A stretch of 64,000 nt of DNA from an uncultured Bacillota bacterium (GTDB lineage Bacteria > Sysuimicrobiota > Sysuimicrobiia > Sysuimicrobiales > Segetimicrobiaceae), in NCBI GenBank assembly GCA_963804645.1, contig CAWDRG010000001.1:128696-192695 (forward strand), in the 5' to 3' direction. Below, one piece after another: positions 48,759-58,833 of the stretch (position 1 is the stretch's first letter; the number at the start of each line of letters is the position of its first letter). The translations under genes were made by a program, and so were the position numbers. Under the pieces are notes generated by a model. The model saw only the letters and a program-made list of their open reading frames with translations. It searched no databases and had not been told where the DNA came from.

Positions 48759-51056
48759 TCACCCCGACCGGGTTCGCCAGGATGGCAGCCACGCCGACAG
48801 CGCGTAAAAGACCACGGCGACCAACAGCAGATACCGGAATCCCAACAGCAGCGAGAACGACTCGGCGAAGCCGCCCACCACCGAGCCGGCGATGTTGGAG
48901 CCGAATGCCTGGTCGGGATGCGCCGACTCCTGGAACGATCGCGCGAAGATGATTCCCGCGAACAACATCGGTCCGAGCACCAAGGCGCAGGGCACCACGT
49001 AGCGCCACAGCACGCCGCCGCCCAAGAACACGTCGACCGGGACCAGGATGTTGATCGCCAGCAGCACGAACAGCCCGACGTAGTACCACGCGAGCCTCGC
49101 GGTGGAAGTTTTCAGGACGTAGAGGTTGGCCAGCAGCAGCAACACCAAGACGGTGAAAAAGACCGCCGAATTGACCACCCACGTGCTGCCGAACAGCAGC
49201 GCCAGCTGGACGACCGCCCGCGCTTCCAGCAGCATGAACGCCGCGCCCAGAAAGAACATGCGGCCGTGGATGTGCACGCGCCCCCGACCCGAAAAGTAGT
49301 AGACCATCGCCAGCCCCAACAGCCCCATGACGAGCAGCGAGTGGACGGTGAGCGTGGGGATCAGTCGGCTCCGGAGGTACAGGAAGGGCCAGTCGTCGGT
49401 GGCCGTGGGCGCGGCGCCCGCCTGCTGCACGAGCGTCGCGGGAGCGAGCTGGATCCAGAGGACGCGCTTGGAGGCCGGCAGGGTGTCGGGCTGCAGGGTA
49501 AATCCGTTCAGGCCCAAATTCAGCGCCGGCACGCCGCTCACCCAGAATCCCGGGTGTTGACGGAACGCCTCGGCGATGCGCTGGTTGTCACCGGCGACCA
49601 CCAGCGTAAATCCTGTCCAGGCGTCGTCCGGGCGGATGACCCGCCGGTAGGGTAGGCTGAGCACGACGGGCGGGCGGCCGAACGCCTTGGTGGCCATCGC
49701 GGCGACACGATCGACGATCCAGCCCTGCCGGAAGTAGTTGTACGTCACGAAAATCCCGCCCGGTTTCAGCACCCGCTGGACGTCCTGAAAGGCCTCGTCG
49801 GTGAACAGGTAGCTTTCCAGGCGGAGGTTGGCGTAGCTGCTGTGCAGGATCAGGGAATCCACCAGGCCGTACACGACGAGGTCGTACTTGCGGTTGGTGG
49901 TGCGAAGAAAGTGCCGTCCGTCGTCGAGGTGGCGGAACACGCGCGGGTCCTGGTACGGTCGATCCGGATGGTAGCGCACACCGATGTCCTGAATCACCGG
50001 ATCGATTTCGACCGCGTCGATGCGTCGTGGATTAAACCGCAGGGCATGGGCGACGTCGTTGCCGCTCCCTGCCCCGATAATCAGGATGTCTTGAAACGGC
50101 TTCCCGCCGCTCCCCTGCTGCAGCAAGTGAATCAGGGAATAGGTCGTCGACCCGGGTTCCTCAAAGGGGTGAATGGTTTGGTGGTTGATCGTGTCCACGG
50201 TGATCGTGCGGGCGGCCTGGTTATACACGACCGCATAGTACGGTGACCAGCGCGTCTCGCTCCCCGCGCCCGGGTTCAGGAGGCTCACCACCGGGAGGGC
50301 CACGAGCACCAGCAACACCGCCAAGGCGGCCATCCGGAGCCAGGAGAGCTGGTGGTGCTGGATCAACAGCCACGCGATGCCGGCCACGACGAAGAGAAAC
50401 CAGACGACGGGCGGCGCTTGCGCCACGGAGAGCGCCGAAAACCCCGCGATGCCGATGAGACTGCCCCCGATATTCCAGGTATAGGCTCGGACGCGATTGG
50501 GATATGCGTTGAACGACCGGCCCAGTACTTGCCCCAAGCCGACGAACAAGAGGGCCACGAGCGCGAAAAACAGGCCGGCAATCAACTCGATCGGCACGAC
50601 GAACTGCGCCACATCCGGGTTGCGGTATTCGGTTCCGTAGAAGACCTCTTGCGGCAGCGGCTGGTGCCCGACGTCGACAGACAGTCCCTGCCAAAAGCGG
50701 TAGATCACCAGGATGGCAACCGCGGCCGCAAACGTCCCGACCGCCAAGAACGGAAACCGCGCGAGCCAGTCGCGGCGCTGGCTCGTCAAACATCCGCACG
50801 ACATTCCCAAGAAGCACGCGATAAAGACGACGTTGGTAAAGAACTGGAGGAAGATCACATTCGCGGCAAACCAGCGGATGCACGCCAGCTCCAGGAACAG
50901 CACGAGGAATCCAACGAGCGCAAGGGTGAGTCCGTGCAGACGGGTATTGGATGGAGAGATCGTGTCCTGCCGCGCGCTCAGGTCGGCCGGTCCAGACTCA
51001 GGACCGGTCCGACCCCCGGGGGCCATGCCGTCGTTCGCGCGATGATCCGGCTGCAT
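48759..51056 (-). CDS. Membrane-bound spermidine-synthase-like SAM-dependent transferase
   Basis: N- and C-terminal TM bundles; WSPYY, IIGAGSGND, AVEIDP, DDGR, TDDWPFLY. Confidence 0.8.
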   Translation of the reverse strand: MQPDHRANDGMAPGGRTGPESGPADLSARQDTISPSNTRLHGLTLALVGFLVLFLELACIRWFAANVIFLQFFTNVVFIACFLGMSCGCLTSQRRDWLARFPFLAVGTFAAAVAILVIYRFWQGLSVDVGHQPLPQEVFYGTEYRNPDVAQFVVPIELIAGLFFALVALLFVGLGQVLGRSFNAYPNRVRAYTWNIGGSLIGIAGFSALSVAQAPPVVWFLFVVAGIAWLLIQHHQLSWLRMAALAVLLVLVALPVVSLLNPGAGSETRWSPYYAVVYNQAARTITVDTINHQTIHPFEEPGSTTYSLIHLLQQGSGGKPFQDILIIGAGSGNDVAHALRFNPRRIDAVEIDPVIQDIGVRYHPDRPYQDPRVFRHLDDGRHFLRTTNRKYDLVVYGLVDSLILHSSYANLRLESYLFTDEAFQDVQRVLKPGGIFVTYNYFRQGWIVDRVAAMATKAFGRPPVVLSLPYRRVIRPDDAWTGFTLVVAGDNQRIAEAFRQHPGFWVSGVPALNLGLNGFTLQPDTLPASKRVLWIQLAPATLVQQAGAAPTATDDWPFLYLRSRLIPTLTVHSLLVMGLLGLAMVYYFSGRGRVHIHGRMFFLGAAFMLLEARAVVQLALLFGSTWVVNSAVFFTVLVLLLLANLYVLKTSTARLAWYYVGLFVLLAINILVPVDVFLGGGVLWRYVVPCALVLGPMLFAGIIFARSFQESAHPDQAFGSNIAGSVVGGFAESFSLLLGFRYLLLVAVVFYALSAWLPSWRTRSG

Positions 51057-51451
51057 GCCTGTTGACGTACCTCCAGTGCGTGCGCGAAGGACCGCACGTC
51101 AGAACCGTCCAATGCCCGGTCGGGTTTGCCCATGGGAACCACGCCTGCGTGGCGCCGTCCTCCGGTCCATCATCCTTCTGCCCCGTTGGCCGTCCAGAGC
51201 GCACGGTACCATGCGTTATTCTACAGCATATATCCCGGTCCGCCTGCTCCGGCGCGGGCGGGGCGGGCCACGCCGCGACCGAGGTCGACAGGGGTGCGGG
51301 GCCCCGCTCGTTCGGCTGGATTGACCCGACCACTGTGACCCACGGCATCGACACGCAGGCTCTGCGAGGACGTGAGGGCCCCGAAAACCGAAGAGTTGGC
51401 GAGTACGAGGACTTGAACAGCGGACCCGGCAGGTGGAATGTAGGCAAACGT

Positions 51452-51488
51452 CATGGTGGGCGCGCGAGGACTTGAGCCTCGAACCTCT
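51452..51488 (-). repeat. Duplicated 3' end of tRNA-Val (att-like direct repeat)
   Basis: 35/37 identical to 54255-54291. Confidence 0.92.
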
Positions 51489-51490
51489 AG

Positions 51491-52817
51491 CAGGATGATG
51501 AAAAAGCAGGTATTTGGATGTTCATATAGAATGATACTCTGTCGCGTTGCACCCTCATTCGTACTCCTCCCTCGGAGGTACCACGATGCGCGGAGACGAT
51601 CGGCAGCAGGAAGGCATGTTTAGCTACCTCTCCCCGGAAGCGCGCGTCCCGCAGGACCATCCGTTGCGCGTGATCCGGAGCATGGTGGACGCGGTGCTGC
51701 ATGAGTTGTCGCCCACGTTCGCCAAACTCTATTCGCAGATTGGCCGCCCCTCGATCCCGCCGGAGAAACTGCTGCGGGCCTTGCTGCTGCAGGTGCTCTT
51801 CACGGTGCGCAGTGAGCGGCAGTTGATGGAGCAACTGGATTACAACTTGCTGTTCCGCTGGTTCGTCGGGTTGAACATGGACGAGCCGGTCTGGGACCCG
51901 ACGACGTTCACGAAGAACCGGCAGCGCCTGCTGGATGGCGATATCGCGCAAGCCTTCTTCACGCGCGTGCTGGCCCAAGCGCGGGAGCGGGACCTCTTGT
52001 CGATGGAACACTTCACCGTCGACGGGACGCTGATTGAAGCCTGGGCGGGCCTGAAGAGCTTTCGTCCCAAGGACGAGGACCCGACCGACCAGCCGCCGCC
52101 GGATGATCCGGGGAACCCAACCGTCAACTTTCATGGCCAACACCGCAGCAATGCCACGCATCAATCGACGACGGATCCCGAGGCGCGCTTGCAGCGCAAA
52201 GGCCACGGCCGGGAAGCGAAGCTGTACTATATGGGCCATGTGCTGATGGAGAACCGCAATGGCTTGGTGGTGCGGGCCCAAGCGACCGCGGCGACGGGCA
52301 CGGCGGAACGGGACACGGCGGAAGAGCTGCTCGAGCAGGTGGCCGGCGAGCGCCGCGTGACGGTCGGCGCGGACAAAGGCTTCGACACGCCGGAATTCGT
52401 CCAAGCGCTGCGCGACTTGGACGTCACACCGCACATTGCCCAAAACACCAGCAAGCGGCGCAGTGCCGTCGATCTGCGGACCACCCGGCACCCCGGCTAT
52501 GAGATCAGCCAACGCATCCGCAAGCGGGTGGAAGAAATCTTTGGTTGGCTGAAGACCATCGGGCTGATGCGCAAGCTGCACCATCGCAGCACCGACCGGG
52601 TGGACTGGATGTTCGTGTTTGCGTGTGCGATCTACAACCTGGTGCGGATCCGCAATCTCCAACAGGCCCTCGCATGAGGATGCCACCCTCGGTGCGATGG
52701 CGAGGTCGCACGGAGCGCGCGGAACTCGCGCAAGCAGCTCCGCGGAGCTTCAGGTGGCATGATCACTCTCGAACCAGGCACGATGATTCGTCATAAACAC
52801 GTTTTTTCCGCGGCCTG
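51491..52817 (+). mobile_element. IS5-family element, 1327 bp
   Basis: CTAG duplicated at 51487-90 and 52818-21; IRs CAGGATGATGAAAAA and CAGGCCGCGGAAAAA (11/15). Confidence 0.92.
51586..52677 (+). CDS. IS5-family transposase
   Basis: GRPSIPPE, SERQLME, VDGTLI, STTDPEA, ADKGFD, RKRVEEIFGWLK; GGAGGT SD. Confidence 0.95.
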   Translation: MRGDDRQQEGMFSYLSPEARVPQDHPLRVIRSMVDAVLHELSPTFAKLYSQIGRPSIPPEKLLRALLLQVLFTVRSERQLMEQLDYNLLFRWFVGLNMDEPVWDPTTFTKNRQRLLDGDIAQAFFTRVLAQARERDLLSMEHFTVDGTLIEAWAGLKSFRPKDEDPTDQPPPDDPGNPTVNFHGQHRSNATHQSTTDPEARLQRKGHGREAKLYYMGHVLMENRNGLVVRAQATAATGTAERDTAEELLEQVAGERRVTVGADKGFDTPEFVQALRDLDVTPHIAQNTSKRRSAVDLRTTRHPGYEISQRIRKRVEEIFGWLKTIGLMRKLHHRSTDRVDWMFVFACAIYNLVRIRNLQQALA

Positions 52818-52866
52818 CTAGTCGGTCCAATTCTCCTTCGAAAGACGGCGATCTCTCGGAGCGCAC

Positions 52867-52915
52867 CCTTTACTAGTGGTTTGCAATAGTAAAGGTTATG
52901 TGGTAATCTTTACTA
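52867..52915 (+). promoter_or_regulatory. Fic promoter with overlapping inverted repeat
   Basis: CCTTTACTA-11-TAGTAAAGG flanking TTGCAA, 17-bp spacer, TGgTAATCT; third half-site CTTTACTA at 52908-15. Confidence 0.65.
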
Positions 52916-52940
52916 TAATATAGTGATGGTAAGGGATACT

Positions 52941-54167
52941 ATGCGAGGACATCTGATACGGAAAACTTGGCCCTATGATCCATCTCTTCATGCAGCCGCA
53001 AAGTACCGACGCGGCTGCCATTACGAAACCTTCGTACCAGAGCTCCTGACGGAACTAGTTCTCTCTCTACCAGGAGACGTAGCGAACCTCGTGTCTGAAG
53101 CAGAGACGGCAATCGCCAGACTGAACAGCAAATATGATCCAGCTCTGGTCCCGCTTGCCCGGCTGTTGCTGCGAACCGAGTCGATTGCGTCGTCCAAGAT
53201 CGAGGGTATGCAGGTAGATGCGCGAACGCTCGCGCGGGCGGAAGTCGCACACAACACAGGAGGGCGAGTCGGACCAACCGCCGCGGAGGTACTTGCAAAC
53301 ATTGACGCGATGCAGACTGCCATCGAGCATGCATCAAGTACTCACAAGATCGTACCGGAGGATTTGGCAAGGATCCATCGCGTGCTTCTCCAGAGGTCTC
53401 ATAATCACGCCATTGCGGGGCATTTCCGCGACAAGCAGAGTTGGATCGGGGGCAATGACTACAACCCTTGCGGAGCCGACTTCGTACCACCTCCCCCCGA
53501 AGAGGTCGCTGAACTAATCGATGACTTGTGCAAATTCTGCAACCAGGAGGATTTGTCGCCTTTGGTGCAAGCGGCGATCGCACACTCCCAGTTTGAAACG
53601 ATTCACCCATTCGAAGATGGCAACGGCAGGGCAGGACGCGCGCTCGTGCAGGTGATTCTCCGCAGGCGAGGACTTGCTCCCTCTTTCGTACCACCAATCA
53701 GTACGGCCCTCGCACGACATAAGGAGCGTTACATCAGAGGACTCACATTGTTCCGCGAGGATCGGATCGCCGACTGGCTCGGCATGTTTGCCAGTGCCGC
53801 ATCGGAAGCGGCCACACTCGCTGTCCAATACACACGTCTGGTAGCGGAGCTACAGGACCGATGGAGAATGCAACTCCGCGAGTCGACTTCCCCCCGCGCC
53901 GATGCTACCGCCTGGGCGATCATCGATGTTTTGCCGGCCCATCCGGTCATCTCCGTTCCAATTGCAGTAGCATCAACCGAACGCACAAAGCCGGCCGTCA
54001 ACGACGCGATACAGAGGCTTGTCGACGCTGGCGTTCTCAAGCCGGTCTCCGCGTCCAGGCGCAATCGCTCTTGGGAGCCCCTTGGCCTGCTTAATCTCAT
54101 CATCGACCTTGATGCCGGGACCCGACCGAACTCCGACACCCTGTCAGCTGCCTCTCGTTCCAACTGA
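52941..54167 (+). CDS. Fic-family protein with C-terminal HTH-like region
   Basis: ESIASSKIEG and canonical HPFEDGNGRAGR; lower GC than core genes. Confidence 0.93.
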   Translation: MRGHLIRKTWPYDPSLHAAAKYRRGCHYETFVPELLTELVLSLPGDVANLVSEAETAIARLNSKYDPALVPLARLLLRTESIASSKIEGMQVDARTLARAEVAHNTGGRVGPTAAEVLANIDAMQTAIEHASSTHKIVPEDLARIHRVLLQRSHNHAIAGHFRDKQSWIGGNDYNPCGADFVPPPPEEVAELIDDLCKFCNQEDLSPLVQAAIAHSQFETIHPFEDGNGRAGRALVQVILRRRGLAPSFVPPISTALARHKERYIRGLTLFREDRIADWLGMFASAASEAATLAVQYTRLVAELQDRWRMQLRESTSPRADATAWAIIDVLPAHPVISVPIAVASTERTKPAVNDAIQRLVDAGVLKPVSASRRNRSWEPLGLLNLIIDLDAGTRPNSDTLSAASRSN

Positions 54168-54256
54168 AATTGGTGAACCCGGCACCTATGGTGTCGCGGG
54201 TACCCCTGTGAATAAGCGCCAAGGGCCTTCGCTGAACGCCTTGTCCTGCAGGCACA

Positions 54257-54331
54257 TGGTGGGCGCGCGAGGACTTGAACCTCGGACCTCTTCCGTGTCA
54301 AGGAAGCGCTCTACCCCTGAGCTACGCGCCC
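54257..54331 (-). tRNA. tRNA-Val(GAC)
   Basis: 75-nt cloverleaf GGGCGCG..CGCGCCC-ACCA, anticodon arm CTTCC-TTGACAC-GGAAG, T loop TTCAAGT. Confidence 0.98.
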
Positions 54332-54346
54332 AAACTTCGCACTCGG

Positions 54347-54375
54347 ATTCTACGGTACGGCCCCCACCCAGTCAA
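54347..54375 (-). promoter_or_regulatory. Sigma70 promoter of tRNA-Val
   Basis: TTGACT-17-TAGAAT. Confidence 0.8.
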
Positions 54376-54445
54376 GAACACGCGGCGGGCCGCTCCCACG
54401 GAGACTGCCCCAGGCATCGCCGCAGCGCGCGGCGAACGAAGAGGA

Positions 54446-55747
54446 ATGACGGTCCATCGGACCCGTGACCGACGCGGTGTGCGTCCGCTCTCGACGGCGC
54501 TTCGCGTCCTCGCACTCCTCCTCGCCGCCGTCGTCGTGATCCTCAACGGCGCGTCCGCGCAACCGTCGCCGCCCGCGGGCCCGGCGCCCGCCGTCCGCAC
54601 GGGACTCGACGTGTTCCTCCAGAACCCGCCCGAGGTCGTCCGCGGCAAGCGCGTCGGCCTGATCACCAACCCGAGCGGCGTCGACGCGCACCTGCGCAGC
54701 TCGGTCGATCTCCTCGCGGCCGATCGCGACATCCGTCTCGTCGCGCTGTTCGGGCCGGAGCACGGCGTCCGCGGCGACCAGGGCGGCGGCAGCGCCGTGG
54801 CCAACAGCGTGGATCCGAAGACCGGGCTGCCGGTGTACAGTCTCTACGGCCCGACCCGCAAGCCGACACCCGCGATGCTGCGCGGGCTGGATGCGCTGGT
54901 CTTCGACATCCAGGACGTGGGGGCGCGCTTCTACACGTACACATCCACGCTCGCGCTGGCGATGCAGGCCGCCGCGGCGCAGGGAATTCCCATCGTGGTG
55001 CTGGACCGTCCCGATCCGCTGTCCGGCGATCTCGTGGCGGGCCCGGTGCTCGACGCACGGTGGGCCTCCTTCATCGGCATGTACCCGGTACCGGTGGTGT
55101 ACGGCATGACCATCGGCGAATACGCGCGGTTCATCAACGGCGAATTCGGCATCGGCGCCAACCTGACCGTGGTCGGGCTGGAGGGCTGGCGCCGTGCGAT
55201 GTGGTTCGATCAGACGGGGCTGCCGTGGGTGATGACCTCTCCGGGGATCCCGCACTTCCGCACCGTCGTCGTGTACCCGGTGACCGGCCCGATCGGAGAC
55301 ACCAACCTCTCCGTCGGCACGCTGACGACGGAGCCGTTCGAGCTGGTCGGGGGCACGTTCATCCAGCCGTGGCGGCTGCTGGCCGCCCTCGAGGCGCGCC
55401 GTCCCGGCGGCACCGCGTTTCGGGAGACCTACTGGCGCGGCGAGCCGTGGACCGCGACCGGCGGGCCCGAGTACAGCGGACTCGAGCTCCGCATCACCGA
55501 CCGCAGCGCGTACCGGCCGCTGGAGCTCATGCTGCAGATCCTCGCCACCGTGCACCAGCTGTATCCGGGCAAGTTCCGGTGGGGCACCGGCGCCACGGCC
55601 CCGTACACGTTCGACCTGGACATGGGCACGGACCAGGTGCGGATCGGCCTGGCGTCGGGCGAGACACCCGAGCAGATTGAACAGGCATGGGAACCCGGCC
55701 TTGCGCGCTATCTCAAGGCCCGGGAGAAGTACCTGCTGTACCGGTAG
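54446..55747 (+). CDS. namZ: Exo-beta-N-acetylmuramidase NamZ family (DUF1343)
   Basis: VGLITNPSG, LFGPEHG, SLYG, FDIQDVGARFYTY, VLDRP. Confidence 0.9.
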   Translation: MTVHRTRDRRGVRPLSTALRVLALLLAAVVVILNGASAQPSPPAGPAPAVRTGLDVFLQNPPEVVRGKRVGLITNPSGVDAHLRSSVDLLAADRDIRLVALFGPEHGVRGDQGGGSAVANSVDPKTGLPVYSLYGPTRKPTPAMLRGLDALVFDIQDVGARFYTYTSTLALAMQAAAAQGIPIVVLDRPDPLSGDLVAGPVLDARWASFIGMYPVPVVYGMTIGEYARFINGEFGIGANLTVVGLEGWRRAMWFDQTGLPWVMTSPGIPHFRTVVVYPVTGPIGDTNLSVGTLTTEPFELVGGTFIQPWRLLAALEARRPGGTAFRETYWRGEPWTATGGPEYSGLELRITDRSAYRPLELMLQILATVHQLYPGKFRWGTGATAPYTFDLDMGTDQVRIGLASGETPEQIEQAWEPGLARYLKAREKYLLYR

Positions 55748-55765
55748 CCGCCGGCGGGCCGCCGC

Positions 55766-57850
55766 CTAGTGCGCCTCGACGGCCTCCTTCTGCTTGCGCG
55801 CCTCCGCGGTCACCTTGTCGGCGATCTGCGACGGCACCTCGGCGTAGTGCGAGAACTCGAGCTCGAACGTGCCCCGCCCGCCGGTGAGCGACCGCAGGTC
55901 GGAGGCGTAGCGCAGCATCTCGGCCATGGGGACCTGCGCGCGGACGGTCGTGGTCCCGTCGCCCCCGGGTTCCATGCCCTGGATGTGCCCGCGCTTCGAG
56001 TTGAGATCGCCGATGATGTCGCCCATCTGCTCGTCCGGTACGTGCACCGCGACCGTCCCGATCGGCTCGAGCAGCACGGGCTTCGCTTCCTGCATCGCCT
56101 TCTTGAACGCCATCGACCCGGCGATCTTGAAGGCCATCTCCGAGCTGTCGACGTCGTGGTAGGACCCGTCGACGAGGGTGACCTTGACGTCGACCACTGG
56201 GTAGCCGGCGACGATCCCCTCGTGCATTGCGTCGTTGACTCCCTTCTCGACCGCCGGGATGTACTGGCGCGGGATCGCCCCGCCGAACACCTTGTCCACG
56301 AACTCGTACCCGCCGCCGCGGCCGGCCGGGTCCAGCTCGATCCAGCAGTCGCCGTACTGGCCGCGGCCGCCGCTCTGCTTCTTGTGTTTCCCCTGCACGC
56401 GCGCGTGCGCCCGCACGGTCTCCCGATACGCCACCCGCGGGAGCGACAGCGTCACCTCGACGCCGAACTTCCGCTTCAGGCGGTCGGCGACGATTTCCAG
56501 GTGCGACTCGCCCATGCCGGCGAGGATCGTCTGGTGCATCTCGTTCGCGCGCTGCGTCGCCAGGGTGTGGTCTTCCTCCACGAGGCGCGCGAGCGCGCTG
56601 CCAAGCTTGTCTTCATCGGCCTTGCTCTTCGGCTGCACCGCCATCGCGATCGCCGGCTTCGGGAACTCGATCGGCTCGAGGGTCACGGACTTGTCTTTGT
56701 CGGTCAGCGTGTCGCCCGTGGCCGCGTCGGCGAGCTTCGCGACGGCGCCGATGTCGCCGGCGGGGAACTCCGCGGCGGGCTCCTGGTGCTTGCCGCGCAG
56801 CTGCAGCAGCTGGCCGATCCGCTCCACCTTGCCCTTGCCGGCGTTCCACACTTGCGCGTCGGACTTGAGCACGCCCGAAAACACCCGGAAGTACGAGAGC
56901 TTCCCGACGTACGGATCGGCCATCGTCTTCCAGACCTGCGCCGCGAGCGGCCCGGCAGGATCGGGAGCCACGGGAACGGCCGTCCCCTTCCCGTTGTGGG
57001 CCCTGATCGGGTCGCGCTCGGTCGGCGCCGGCAAGAGCCGCACCAGCGCGTCGAGGAGCGGCGTCACGCCCCGTCCGCGCGTCGCGGCGACGCACAGCAC
57101 CGGCACCAGGGTCCCCGCGCGCACCGCGGCGTGGAGCCCCTGCGTCAGCGCGTCGTCGGCCAGCTGTCCCTGCTCGAGGTAGACCTCGGTCAGCCGCTCG
57201 TCCGTCTCGGCGACCGCCTCGACGAGCCGCTCCCGCATTGCCGTGGCCGCCTCGAGGGCGTCGGCCGGAATCTTGTCGCGGGGGATCGCACCGGCGTCGC
57301 CGGAGGCTTGCATCGTCACGAGGTCCACGACGCCGCTGAACCCGCCTTCGCTGCCGATCGGCGACTGAAGCGGCACGAGCTGCCGGCCAAACTTCTGCTG
57401 CAGGCTGTCGACGGCCCGCGCGAACGATGCGTTCTCGCGGTCCATCCGCGTGACGACGACGAGGCGGCTGGCGGATGCGCGCGCGGCCAGCGCCCAGATC
57501 TTCTCCGTCTGCACCTCGACGCCGGCGACGGCGTCCACGGTCAGCGCGATGCTCTCCACCGCGCGCAGCGCGCCGCTGACCTCTCCGATGAAGTCCGGGT
57601 ACCCCGGCGTGTCGATCAGGTTGATCTTGTGGTCCTGCCACTCGAGCGGCGCCAGCGCCGCGCTGATCGTGATCCGGCGCCGGATCTCCTCGGCATCGAA
57701 GTCGGTCGTCGTCGTCCCCTCCTCGACGCGCCCGAGGCGCTCGATCGCTTTCGCCGCGAACAGCATCGCTTCGACGAGCGACGTCTTGCCGGTCCCACCG
57801 TGCCCGCACACCGCGACGTTCCGAATGCGATCACTCGAGTGGCGCTTCAC
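55766..57850 (-). CDS. fusA: Elongation factor G paralogue (EF-G2-like)
   Basis: GHGGTGKT, DTPGYPDF, GMGESHL, DGSYHDVDSS; not in the str operon. Confidence 0.92.
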   Translation of the reverse strand: MKRHSSDRIRNVAVCGHGGTGKTSLVEAMLFAAKAIERLGRVEEGTTTTDFDAEEIRRRITISAALAPLEWQDHKINLIDTPGYPDFIGEVSGALRAVESIALTVDAVAGVEVQTEKIWALAARASASRLVVVTRMDRENASFARAVDSLQQKFGRQLVPLQSPIGSEGGFSGVVDLVTMQASGDAGAIPRDKIPADALEAATAMRERLVEAVAETDERLTEVYLEQGQLADDALTQGLHAAVRAGTLVPVLCVAATRGRGVTPLLDALVRLLPAPTERDPIRAHNGKGTAVPVAPDPAGPLAAQVWKTMADPYVGKLSYFRVFSGVLKSDAQVWNAGKGKVERIGQLLQLRGKHQEPAAEFPAGDIGAVAKLADAATGDTLTDKDKSVTLEPIEFPKPAIAMAVQPKSKADEDKLGSALARLVEEDHTLATQRANEMHQTILAGMGESHLEIVADRLKRKFGVEVTLSLPRVAYRETVRAHARVQGKHKKQSGGRGQYGDCWIELDPAGRGGGYEFVDKVFGGAIPRQYIPAVEKGVNDAMHEGIVAGYPVVDVKVTLVDGSYHDVDSSEMAFKIAGSMAFKKAMQEAKPVLLEPIGTVAVHVPDEQMGDIIGDLNSKRGHIQGMEPGGDGTTTVRAQVPMAEMLRYASDLRSLTGGRGTFELEFSHYAEVPSQIADKVTAEARKQKEAVEAH

Positions 57851-57873
57851 GGCAACTCCTCCTGTCCGGCCGG

Positions 57874-58833
57874 CTAGTACCCCAAAGTGGTATCCACCAC
57901 GTTGCTGAGCGGTTGCCCCGTCAGATACTTACGAAGATTGCTAGTAAACTGCGCCATCACCCGCTCCATGTACTGGGGAAAGCTGCCCGAGGTGTGCGGG
58001 CTCACGATCAGATTCGGGGTCGCCCACAGCGGACTCAGCTTCGACAGGGGTTCCTCGGCGAAGACGTCGAGGCCCGCGCCGCTGAGCCGCCCTTCTTTGA
58101 CCGCCCGGTTGAGCGACCCTTCGTCGAGGAGCGCCCCGCGGCCGATGTTGATGACAAAGGCCCCCTTGGGCAGGAGCGCGATCTTCTGGCCGTCGAGCAG
58201 GTTCTCGGTATCCTTGGTCAGCGGCAGCGTCACGACCAGGACGTCCGACTCGCGCAGCACGTCGTCGAGGCCGTCCATCGCCACCACACGCTCGACGCCG
58301 GGGATCGGGCGCGCCCGGCGGCGCACGCCCACCACCCGCATGCCGAACGCACGCGCCCGCACCGCCACGGCGGTCCCGATGTGGCCGAGGCCGAGGATCC
58401 CCATCGTCTTGCCGGAGATGATCTCCCCGCGAACCGCCGGCTTCCCCCACTCCTTGCGCGCCTGGTGCTCGAAGATCTCGCGCATCCGGCGCGTATGGGC
58501 GAGCAGCAGCGCGAACACGTGCTCCGAGATCGGCTCGGCGTGTACGTGGCTGTTGGTGACGATCACGTGCGTGTCGGAGACCTCGCGCACGAGCTTGTCC
58601 ACTCCCGCGCCCGTCACGTGCACCCATCGGAGGTCGGGGGCACGCGCAACCTCATGCCGCCGCGGGCGCAGCCCCAGCAGGATCTCCGCGTTGGGCACCT
58701 GCTGCAGCCAGTTGTCGTTGTCGGTGACGCGAACCACGCGCACGCGGGGGTCGACCTCCCGGATCGCGTCCAGGTACTGGTCCTCCAATCTCTGGTACGC
58801 GGCGACGATGCACGGCCGTCCCTCAGGCGGCAT
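57874..58833 (-). CDS. D-2-hydroxyacid dehydrogenase
   Basis: GLGHIG, NIGRG, LDVFAEEPL, SPH. Confidence 0.92.
   Translation of the reverse strand: MPPEGRPCIVAAYQRLEDQYLDAIREVDPRVRVVRVTDNDNWLQQVPNAEILLGLRPRRHEVARAPDLRWVHVTGAGVDKLVREVSDTHVIVTNSHVHAEPISEHVFALLLAHTRRMREIFEHQARKEWGKPAVRGEIISGKTMGILGLGHIGTAVAVRARAFGMRVVGVRRRARPIPGVERVVAMDGLDDVLRESDVLVVTLPLTKDTENLLDGQKIALLPKGAFVINIGRGALLDEGSLNRAVKEGRLSGAGLDVFAEEPLSKLSPLWATPNLIVSPHTSGSFPQYMERVMAQFTSNLRKYLTGQPLSNVVDTTLGY

Noticed and set aside
51100..51140. GGGCAAACC on the minus strand resembling a c-di-GMP-I riboswitch
   Set aside because: The GNRA loop and the GACGCAAAG segment are missing
51363..51418. Two further short matches to the tRNA T-arm (GCGAGGACGTGA, CGAGGACTTGAAC) beside the att repeat
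   Set aside because: Only 12-13 nt with no acceptor-stem sequence; could be older att scars but cannot be distinguished from chance
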